IMG/VR virus record: IMGVR_UViG_3300032167_000002
Span: 24,286 to 88,285 of that record
DNA: 64,000 nucleotides
Source of the DNA: a virus
Lineage: Duplodnaviria > Heunggongvirae > Uroviricota > Caudoviricetes
Direction: 5' to 3' (one strand)
A model generated the notes under the pieces. The model was not told where the DNA came from. It worked only from the letters and a program-made list of their open reading frames with translations, and did not search any database. Below are positions 28,577 through 37,432 of this stretch, one piece after another. Positions within the stretch are counted from its first letter, which is position 1, and each line of letters starts with the position of its first letter. The translations under genes and the position numbers were made by a program.

Positions 28577-28781
28577 TGTTGTTATCTCCTTTACTCTGTG
28601 AGGTTGTGTCCCTCTCTCTTTGTGTCTTTATTATAGCATTACGGGAGCTTTTTGTCAAGAGTTTTTTTGCTTATTTACGCAACTTTTTTTTAGCACCCCC
28701 TACAGTATGCCCCACTAGGGGACCTGACGCCTGTGCTCGGTGGCTACTACTACATAGTATAATAGAGTAAGGCTGTGTACC

Positions 28782-29063
28782 TTACTCTACATCTACTACT
28801 CTGTCATCATAGATAGTATCACTGCCCATGGCTAGCATGGTTAGCACTACCCTTGTGCCTACACATGGTACAGTGTCACCCTCTACATCATAGCACCACA
28901 CATTGCCTGTGGTGTCCTCTGCGCTGATGGTGTTACCCTCTACCTCTACTACCACAGCTTCTCTTGTGTACCTATCATTAAGCTGTGCTTGACCTAGTGC
29001 ATTGAAGGTCACTACCAGTAGTATAGCACACAGCACACACAGTACCTTCTCACTCATTGTCAT
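28782..29063 (-). CDS. Signal-peptide/TM protein with small beta-barrel-like domain
   Basis: Hydrophobic N-terminus, then VVEVEGNTISAEDTTGNVW. Confidence 0.6.
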   Translation of the reverse strand: MTMSEKVLCVLCAILLVVTFNALGQAQLNDRYTREAVVVEVEGNTISAEDTTGNVWCYDVEGDTVPCVGTRVVLTMLAMGSDTIYDDRVVDVE

Positions 29064-29425
29064 TACCTCACTGTTCCTTTGTTGTATCTACAGTATACCA
29101 CATTACAGGATGTTTGTCAATAGGTAAGATGCACAAATGTGTAGAACTTTTTTTGTGTAGGGTATTATTGCATGGCAGCTAGGGCCGCGCCGCACGTGCA
29201 CGGCCCAGCGTGTGTATTGTGTATGTATTATTGTGTGTGTATTGTTTATTATACATACATTATTGTGTATGTATGAGGATGTGTTGTGTGTGTCTTTGCG
29301 CCTCTTTGCCGGGGCTGGCAATACCTTTGCTGTGTGCGCTCGCCGCGACGCAGACTATAGACTTTGTGTTTTTCCCCAGATGTGAATAAAACCCCGGGGC
29401 CTATTTCGGGAAAAAAATTTTTTTG

Positions 29426-29452
29426 CCCAGACAAAACGCTTTTGTCTGGGCA
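29426..29452 (-). terminator. Intrinsic terminator of the folD operon
   Basis: gcccagacaaaa-cgc-ttttgtctgggc beside an A/T run. Confidence 0.7.
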
Positions 29453-29466
29453 TTATAATCTTGAAA

Positions 29467-30231
29467 TCAATTTTCAATTTCGGAAAACGATAATTCTGGG
29501 AAAAAAGATAATAGGTACCCTATTGTCAAATTATTATACTCAGTATATGGTATTCTAATAAGACGAATATTATTTTCCTTACACCATTGATTTTTTCTTG
29601 TATCACGCTCTTGTTGAATTTTTAACTGTTCTTCTCCACCCCATAATTCAACAGCTTCAAAATGTTGCTGACCATCATATTCAATCAATCCCAATAATTT
29701 ACCATCTTTAAAAATGGCGAAATCAAATGGTGATAAAATATTGAACTCTTTAATCCTATACTGTGTTTGAAAATCAATACCTGCTTTTACCAATAGCTGA
29801 GTAAGTTTTATTTCTCCGCTGGATTGAGAAGCGCATCCACAAGAAATAGTACGATTATGAAATTGACCTTTTAAATGCTCAACTCTGACATCAATAATGT
29901 TACCACACTCGCACTTACATTTAACATAACTGTGATTACCTTTTGATTCAGCTCTATCTATAATTTCTAATAAGCCAAATCTATCTCCTTTATGCCAAGA
30001 AATTAAACCTCTTTCTTCTGCTTTTTGTCTAATCTTTTCTCCTTTGCATTTATTACAACATTCACTTTTTCCATTTACTAAGCTATCTCTTGAAACACTA
30101 ATTACTTCTCCACATAATCCACATTTACAAAACCAAAATGTTGAATGCTGCTTAGAAGTTGGATGATAATCTCTTTCAATAACTTCCCATTCTCCAAATT
30201 TCATACCTGGTATAATTTTTAATGGTGGCAT
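29467..30231 (-). CDS. Homing-endonuclease-like protein: two CxC(G) DNA-binding repeats plus PD-(D/E)XK domain
   Basis: GxxFG..V/I...CKC(G) repeat twice; FDFAIF...LIEYDGQQHF...N.I.LIRIPY. Confidence 0.75.
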   Translation of the reverse strand: MPPLKIIPGMKFGEWEVIERDYHPTSKQHSTFWFCKCGLCGEVISVSRDSLVNGKSECCNKCKGEKIRQKAEERGLISWHKGDRFGLLEIIDRAESKGNHSYVKCKCECGNIIDVRVEHLKGQFHNRTISCGCASQSSGEIKLTQLLVKAGIDFQTQYRIKEFNILSPFDFAIFKDGKLLGLIEYDGQQHFEAVELWGGEEQLKIQQERDTRKNQWCKENNIRLIRIPYTEYNNLTIGYLLSFFPELSFSEIEN

Positions 30232-30354
30232 AATATTTCCTCCTTGTTTTATGCTATTATATATAATTTTCCCGAAACTCATATTTCGGGATTTTGTCCA
30301 AAGAAAAATGGGAAAATATGTTTTTATTATATTTTCCCATTTTTTAATTATTTT

Positions 30355-30879
30355 TTACGTACACGCTCTTACAGATGCCGTTTTACCGGTTGCCACGGCC
30401 GCAGTTAAATATTCCACGACACCTTGCAAATTGTCAATACTTGTTGTATAATCATTATACACTTTTGATTCCAGTCCAGAGACCGCTGAACCGGCCTCGC
30501 CGCAAGAAATCGTAATGCTGTATCCGGGGTCTGGCTGTCCCTTTGTTGTCAAAGTATAATCGTAAGGATTATAGTCATATTCCTATACTGTGATAGGCTC
30601 ATAGATAGAATCAGCCTCGCGCATGAAATAATGCCATACATAACCACCCAGGTCTTGCGCTGTTCCTAGATAGCTCATGAACATCAACTCGTCGGGAACC
30701 ATCCAGCCGGTACCCCAGGCCGCAATCTCATAGTTTCTCGCATTGCCATTTTCTTCGACGATTGCCCAGATGTGAGGCCAGCCATTTTGCTCTTGGATAT
30801 CTAGCCATTTAATTACATCCGCATGAATGGTAATTACTTCGCCATCTCTTGGCAATCTATATTTAAATATTTTCTTCAT
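30355..30879 (-). CDS. Hypothetical protein (one in-frame TAG joins two track ORFs)
   Basis: 30583..30900 and 30355..30552 share a frame and are separated only by TAG 30583-30585. Confidence 0.6.
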
Positions 30880-31090
30880 TTTTTGCTTCCTCTTCTTCAA
30901 CGTGCTTAGTTACACAAATAAACCATCTGCCATCAACAAAGGTGGTATAATAGTCCATATTGTCGCCATTTTCAATTCCAAATTTTGCTTTCAAATGAGA
31001 AGGTACGACAATTCGACTTGAACTATCAACCTTATATGGTCTGCCTTCTGGAATCAATTGCGCGTTGTTAATCCAATCACTCATTGGCAT
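30863..31090 (-). CDS. AbrB/MraZ-like swapped-hairpin regulator
   Basis: YKVDSSSRIVVPSHLKAKFGIENGD. Confidence 0.7.
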   Translation of the reverse strand: MPMSDWINNAQLIPEGRPYKVDSSSRIVVPSHLKAKFGIENGDNMDYYTTFVDGRWFICVTKHVEEEEAKNEENI

Positions 31091-31377
31091 AATGTACATC
31101 CTCCTTCCTTATAGTAGGCACAGAACATTGTGCACTAGCCGCCGTTCTGGTCACAGGGTTTATATTTTTCTATCATCTCTTGGATATGCGGGCACCGCTC
31201 TACAAATCGCAAGAAATAATCATATCCATAAAGGGCAAAAATGCGGTCAGCTTTAAAAGTATCTCGTTCTACCCGATACTTCTGCGGGTCGCAGCCAATT
31301 TGCCCTAGATATGCGGCATAGCTATCTGCTTCCCACATACCTTCAACTTCTAATAAAATCAAAGTCCATTTATCCAC
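31081..31377 (-). CDS. Hypothetical protein with Cys-rich C-terminus (TAG read-through)
   Basis: Reading TAG 31135-31137 as sense gives CDQNGGQCTMFCAYYKEGGCTLC and coupling to the next gene. Confidence 0.55.
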
Positions 31378-32182
31378 GTTTTAAACTCACCCTTGCTTTC
31401 GCATCAATTACATTCTCCAAAAGTGCGCATCTGGTCAAAAGACCGACCCCTCCTGGAACTGGTGTTACATCTCGTCCTTCTGTATTGAAGGCATCGCCGA
31501 CAAGTCGGCTTCTGCCTTCAGCATCTGTTACAAAGTTAATGCCGACGTCAATAACAGGCACATGAATTGGGTAGCAATTTAAAAAGCCTGCTTTACCTAC
31601 TGCTGTGACAATCAGGTCAGCCCCATACAAATGATGTGACAATTTTGATTTACTGTGGCAAAGAGTTACTGTCGCATCTGCGTCTGTCATCATTCTCGCC
31701 AAAGGCTTACCAACAATATTACTGCGACCAATGATTACGACGTCGCGTCCCGCAACGTCGTAATCGCAAGCACGAAGATATTTCATGATGCCTGCGGGAG
31801 TTGCTGGGTCATAAGGACTATCTGGATGAAATCCATCAACATCCTTCAAAGGATTGATTGCGGCAACCACGACCTTCTCGCGGATATGAGGTGGGAGTGG
31901 TAGTTGCACTATAACGCCGTCATAGTGTTCCTGGTCGAGCTTGATATTTTCACATAGCTCATGTTCAGTAATATCCTCTGGATATTGATAAACATCAGCA
32001 ATGATACCGACCTCTTCACAATCTTTCACTTTGTTTTTGATATAACGATTTGATGCTTCTACATTTCCAACTTGGATAATTGCTAACTTAGGTGCATCAC
32101 CAATTGCGGTAATGCGGTCTTTAAATTGTTCTTTCAGTGCTTTAGTATATTCTTTAATATTTCCAAGGACCATCGTCGTCAT
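31370..32182 (-). CDS. folD: Methylene-THF dehydrogenase/methenyl-THF cyclohydrolase
   Basis: S..YIKNK, GVIVQLPLP, KDVDGF, IGRSNIVGKP, TVTLCHS, VIDVGIN and TPVPGGVG motifs. Confidence 0.95.
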   Translation of the reverse strand: MTTMVLGNIKEYTKALKEQFKDRITAIGDAPKLAIIQVGNVEASNRYIKNKVKDCEEVGIIADVYQYPEDITEHELCENIKLDQEHYDGVIVQLPLPPHIREKVVVAAINPLKDVDGFHPDSPYDPATPAGIMKYLRACDYDVAGRDVVIIGRSNIVGKPLARMMTDADATVTLCHSKSKLSHHLYGADLIVTAVGKAGFLNCYPIHVPVIDVGINFVTDAEGRSRLVGDAFNTEGRDVTPVPGGVGLLTRCALLENVIDAKARVSLKRG

Positions 32183-32387
32183 CCCCCCACCCTTCCGGTA
32201 AAATACAGTCTAAAATTGCTTCAAGTACATTTGCGGCCGCGAATATTGGACCGCCAATAATAAAGATAATGCCTACGATTAATTGGTCTTTCCAATTTAA
32301 ATCTTTACAGGCTGGTGCATATTGAATCATCACCAGGAGTGACATGATTGCCCATAAAATAGCAATAATTAATCCGCTGGTTTCCAT
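32154..32387 (-). CDS. Small two-TM membrane protein
   Basis: Two hydrophobic helices. Confidence 0.6.
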   Translation of the reverse strand: METSGLIIAILWAIMSLLVMIQYAPACKDLNWKDQLIVGIIFIIGGPIFAAANVLEAILDCILPEGWGDDDDGPWKY

Positions 32388-32797
32388 GTCCACATTCCTT
32401 CCCAAGGAGCATATACAACAACATTCTTAAATATTGTCGGAGTTCCAAAAGCCTCTTCAAGGATTTCATCGGGAACATCATCACCTTGCGCACCGATATA
32501 TTCTCGTTCACTTTCTTTCGTACATATTGTAAAACCTACAATTTTCTTTTCATCATACATCGAAAAATCTGTAATCATCATTTCAGAATCTGAATTGAAT
32601 TTAACTTGCGAGATTACTGTTGCGGGATAATATTTACCATCATATGCTTTCCCGAATTTCGCGGAAGGTTTGCCGGAGGCCATATCTAAAGAGGCTTCAA
32701 CAATATCAAAGGTGTTTTTTAGCACCCCAAGTAACCAAAAAATAAAGGCGGTTGCGCCGACCAATAAGATACTTAGGATAACGATTGCGACAATCAT
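32369..32797 (-). CDS. Hypothetical protein with N-terminal TM anchor
   Basis: First gene behind the leftward promoter; SD AGGAG. Confidence 0.7.
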   Translation of the reverse strand: MIVAIVILSILLVGATAFIFWLLGVLKNTFDIVEASLDMASGKPSAKFGKAYDGKYYPATVISQVKFNSDSEMMITDFSMYDEKKIVGFTICTKESEREYIGAQGDDVPDEILEEAFGTPTIFKNVVVYAPWEGMWTWKPAD

Positions 32798-32830
32798 ATA
32801 TACTGCTCCTTATCTTTTATTTATATAAAT

Positions 32831-32970
32831 ATTATAACAAAAAATTTTTCTTTTGTCAAGTCGGTTGCTTCAGGTCAAATCCAATTTATTTTATTGTCAG
32901 AATTTTTAAATATAAGTTAGGGAAAAATTTTTCGGAAAAACTTGACTCAAGAAAAATTTTCTGGTATAAT
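32831..32970. promoter_or_regulatory. Divergent sigmaA-type promoters separating the folD operon from the morphogenesis operon
   Basis: Leftward TTGACA-N17-TATAAT (32859-32831); rightward TTGACT-N17-TATAAT (32942-32970). Confidence 0.8.
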
Positions 32971-32998
32971 AAAAGTATGAAAGACTGGAGGTAAAGTA

Positions 32999-34051
32999 AT
33001 GACCAAATTAAATTATACTTTAGAATCTCCAGAAGAAAGAAAATAGTTAGTCGAAAAAATTTTAGAAGAGTGTCCCAATCCTACTCCCTAGTACCTTGAG
33101 ACACTTGCGGACTACCTAGTTCTTTGCATGGAGAAACAAGAGAAAAAGGAGCGTAAGCTATTAACTGAGAACCGAATGGCCACAGTCAATAAACGTGAAA
33201 CTTCTTTCGAAGGTCTTGTTTCCCAACTCGAAAATGGCGAAGATGGCATTTATGGAATGATTAGTAATGATAAGAATTAGATTTTTCAACCAAAAGTAAT
33301 GATAACAAAGAAAGATGTAGAAGAGATACCTGGGTTAGCACAATTAAGAGAAGCCATTAAGATGTGGGAACAGAAGTTAAAGACTACTTCCGGGCGTGAT
33401 GCTTTTATCATCAAGACTGCGATTATCGAATTACGAAAGGACCAATATATTCTTAAAGATGCCTATCGTAAACCAATAATCCCCAAAAATATCACCCGCT
33501 CGAAACACTTTATACCTTTAGAAAGCGACTTTGATTTTGACGATGAAGGTTATGTGATTCCAGAGGGTGTTTCTTTATGTGACCCGAAAGTCGTTTCAGC
33601 AATCTTATGTAACTACTCCTTAATGAAGCAAGAAAGTTGGGGAGAGTTTGAAAAGGATTTGTGGTATCTTATGTAGGAATTTGATGAAGTTGCGGATGCA
33701 GCTTTAAAAGATTATCCTTTATATGACCGCATTTGTGAATACAAAGTTGATGGGTTGCAAAATATTGACATTCAAGAAAAACTTCAAATGGAATTTGGGA
33801 TTAAACATAGTGTTGAATATATTTCAAGTTTATGGAGAAATAAAATTCCAAAATTAATAGCTTCCGAGGCGGAAGATAGATTACTTAACTGGTATTTTTT
33901 AAATGAAATGAAAGGTAAGTATAAGAAGTGCAGCCGCTGTGGAGAAATTAAATTAGCACATAATAAATATTTTAGTAAGAATAAGACTTCAAAAGATGGC
34001 TTTTACAGTATTTGTAAAAAGTGCAGAAACTCTAAGGCCAAAAAGTCATAA
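32999..34051 (+). CDS. Hypothetical protein with HTH-like segment and C-terminal zinc finger, 350 aa (4 in-frame TAG)
   Basis: SD GGAGG; frame open except at TAGs; CSRC...CKKC at the end. Confidence 0.7.
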
Positions 34052-34093
34052 TTCCGGCCTTGAATTTTCATTATAAGTAAAGGAGGAATTTTT

Positions 34094-35311
34094 ATGGCTG
34101 AAAGCTTTTATTGTGAAAAATGTAATCGAACAATGAACGCTGATTAGTTCTATGGGTCTAATAATACAAGTAAGTATCCAGAAGGTAAGTTGCATAAATG
34201 TAAGAAGTGTGCGACGATGCATGTAGATAATTTTAATCCAGATACTTATTTATGGATTTTACAAGAATGTGATGTTCCATATGTTCCAGAAGAATGGAAC
34301 AAGTTACTGGCATCATATGGTAAAGACCGTTCTAAATTAACTGGTACGACTATTGTAGGTCGTTATCTTTCAAAGATGAAACTAAAGCAGTTTAGAGATT
34401 ATCGTTGGAAAGATACTGAGTTCTTACAAGAAGTCGCAAATAAGAAAATTGAAGAAACTATGAAGCGTTAGGGATATGAAGCTGCGGAAATCGCTCAAGC
34501 GCTCGCCACGGCTAGTGTTCCGATTCCCCAAGGGGAAATTGAAATTCCTGTTTACCAGGAAACTAATGATAATCCATTCCTGTCGTCTGGAGACGACTAC
34601 TTTGCGGAGCAAAGTGGAGGCCAAGACGATTTTGTGGATGATTTAACTGAAGAAGATAGAACATATCTTCGATTGAAATGGGGTAAAACCTATAAGCCAG
34701 AAGAGTGGATTAGACTTGAATAGTTATATGAAGAAATGATGCAATCATATGATATTCAAGGCGCCGGACACATTGATACTTTGAAATTAGTATGTAAGAC
34801 ATCTCTCAAGGCGAATCAATTAATCGACATTGGCGATATTGAGGGCTTCCAGAAGATGAGTAAAGTTTATGACAGTTTAATGAAGTCTGGTAAGTTTACT
34901 GCGGCTCAGAATAAAGCTGAGTCTGGCGAATTTATTGATAGTATTGGTGAATTGGTTGCTCTCTGTGAGAGAGAGGGATTTATTCCTAGATATTATATTG
35001 ATGAACCAAATGATAAAGTTGATAGAACATTACAAGATTTACAGAGTTATACACGCGATTTAATTAATGAAGAGACTAACTTGAGTTCTATGATTGAACA
35101 CGCTCTTCGTGAAATTGAAAAAGATAAGGAAAATGAAGCTAAACTTGAGTCCGATGATGGTTCTGAGGACGAAGATGCATTTGAAGCTTCTCTATTCGAA
35201 GATAATGCTGAGAAAGTTTTACATGATGAGGACTTTACTGCTTTTAATGATTTCGAAGATGAGCTTGCGGATGATGATGAAGCTTTCTTAAAATCAATTT
35301 TAGGTGGATAA
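34094..35311 (+). CDS. Zinc-finger protein before terminase, possible small terminase, 405 aa (in-frame TAGs)
   Basis: N-terminal CEKC...CKKC; abuts the large terminase; acidic tail. Confidence 0.6.
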
Positions 35312-35313
35312 TT

Positions 35314-37050
35314 ATGGCACTGCAGGATTTATTGAATTTATCACAATCTCGTAAAAAGGTTGGTCTTTCTGAAGAAAGAGTGCGTGCCATAATTCCTGTA
35401 GCCAGAGACTATGTAGCTTACTGGCGAGAATACCCAGATATGTTTATTGACTTCTTACAAGATGGTGGTAATCCAGAAGTTAAGAAGGAATTAAAATTTT
35501 ATTTCTATCAACGAGTTTTCTTACGTGCGGCAATGCGATATAAATATGTTTACATGGTATTCCCCCGTGCGTATTCTAAATCTTTCCTTTCTATTATGGT
35601 TTTGATGTGCCGTTGTGTTTTATATCCAGGGGCAAAGTTATTTGTTACATCTGGTGGTAAAGAGTAGGCAGCTGGCATCGTAAAAGAAAAGGTTCAAGAA
35701 ATTTGTACTCTAGTACCTGCGTTCCGTCGAGAAATTGACTGGGGTCGAGGTAAAACACTAGAGGGTAAAGACTATTGTAAATATGTCTTTAAAAATGGTT
35801 CTTATTTCGATAATATTGCGGCTCGTGAGAGTTCGCGTGGTAAGCGTCGTCATGGAGGACTAATTGAGGAATGTGTTGGCGTTGATGGTACCATCCTTTC
35901 TGAAGTTATTATTCCTACCACTAACGTTTCTCGTAGATGTTTAGATGGAACTGTTCATCCAGAAGAGACGCTGAATAAGAGTCAGATTTATGTCACAACC
36001 GCAGGATGGAAAAATACTTTCCCATATGATAAATTAATTACCTTACTTGTTCGTATGGTAACCGAGCCTGAAAAAGCAATTATCATGGGTGGTACTTGGC
36101 GAATTCCTGTTTTGGTCAAATTGCTTGATGCGAATTTTATTAAAGATTTAAAGAATGACGGAACTTTCAATGAAGCTTCTTTTGCTCGTGAATATGAGAG
36201 TCGTTGGTCTGGTACTGTTGAAGATGCATTCTTTAATGGTGAGTTCTTTGATAGAAATCGTAAGTTACAGAAACCTGAATATGAGCATTCCGGCAGGAGT
36301 GCGGCGAACGCCTACTATATCCTATCAGTTGACGTAGGTCGTAAGGGATGTGACTCTGTTGTTTGTGTATTTAAGGTAACCCCTCAAGCACAAGGTCCCG
36401 CAATTAAGTCTTTGGTTAATATTTATACTTTTGCGGATGAACATTTTGAGGACCAGGCAATTAGAATTAAGAAATTATATTATAAGTATAAAGCCCGCAC
36501 AATCGTAATCGACGGTAATGGTCTTGGTATTGGATTAGTTGACTATATGATTAAATCTCAAGAAGATGAAAATGGTGACTTCTTCCCAGACTTTGGTGTT
36601 GAGAATGATGAAGATGGTTATTATAAAAAATATCGAACTGCAAATACTGAGTTTGATGCTATGTATATTCTAAAAGCAAATGCTCCTATTAATACTGAGT
36701 GTCACGCAAATGCGCAGACTCAGCTACAAGCCGGTAAGGTAAAATTCCTTATTGACGAGCGTGGAGCTAAGGAAAAATTATTGGCAACTAAAATGGGACA
36801 AAATATGAAGCCTGAGGAAAGGGCAGAATATTTAAAACCATTTACCTTAACTTCCATATTAAAGGAAGAGATGATGAATTTGCGTGAAGAAAATGAAGGC
36901 GTAAATATCATCTTAAAACAAGCTAATCGTGGAATTAGGAAAGATAAATTTTCCGCTTTTGAATATGGTCTTTATTATATTAAGCAAGAAGAAGATAAAA
37001 AGAAAAAGAAAAAGAAGTTTAATGCCGCTGATTGGGCATTCTTCAATTAA
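35314..37050 (+). CDS. terL: Terminase large subunit, 578 aa (1 in-frame TAG)
   Basis: FPRAYSKS Walker A; SGGKE*A; RGKRRHGGLIEE Walker B; YVTTAG motif III; LSVDVGR and KDKFSA nuclease motifs. Confidence 0.9.
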
Positions 37051-37061
37051 GGAGGTTGACT

Positions 37062-37418
37062 ATGAGAGCTTCGAGAGGAGAAATTAAGATTGAAGAAATC
37101 TTAAAGGAAGCTGAACTCCCCTTTAAAATGGAGTATATCTTCCCCGACTTAAAGAGCCCAAATGGTCGCCCTTTAAGATTTGATTTTGTCGTTTTTGATG
37201 ATGATGGAAAAATTGATTTTATTATTGAGTATCAAGGTAAGCAACATTATGAGCCTAGTGCGAAATTCGGTGGTAAAAAAGGTTTCTTCCAACAATAGTA
37301 TAATGATAATCAAAAACGACGCTTTTGTGCTTTACATGATTTTAAGTTGATTGAAATTCCATATACTGACGAAAATTTAATCTCCTATGACTATATTATG
37401 AATTTAGCAGGATATTAA
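37062..37418 (+). CDS. PD-(D/E)XK endonuclease-like protein, 118 aa (1 TAG)
   Basis: LRFDFVVF...IIEYQGKQHY...KLIEIPY, similar to the C-domain of 29467-30231. Confidence 0.7.
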
Positions 37419-37432
37419 AAGGAGGTGGAGTT

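Larger units (their letters stand above)
14831..29120 (-). promoter_or_regulatory. Array of more than 30 leftward near-consensus promoters TTGACAAA-N~10-TGTGCTATAAT
   Basis: Hand count of about 34 plus-strand motifs (attatagcaca / agtataccac / attgtatcac ... tttgtcaa), e.g. at 15370, 16100, 16920, 17184, 17940, 18450, 18548, 19126, 19667, 20014, 20970, 21509, 21796, 22398, 22874, 23621, 24110, 24694, 25217, 25787, 26296, 26729, 27118, 27621, 28002, 28629, 29092. Confidence 0.9.
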
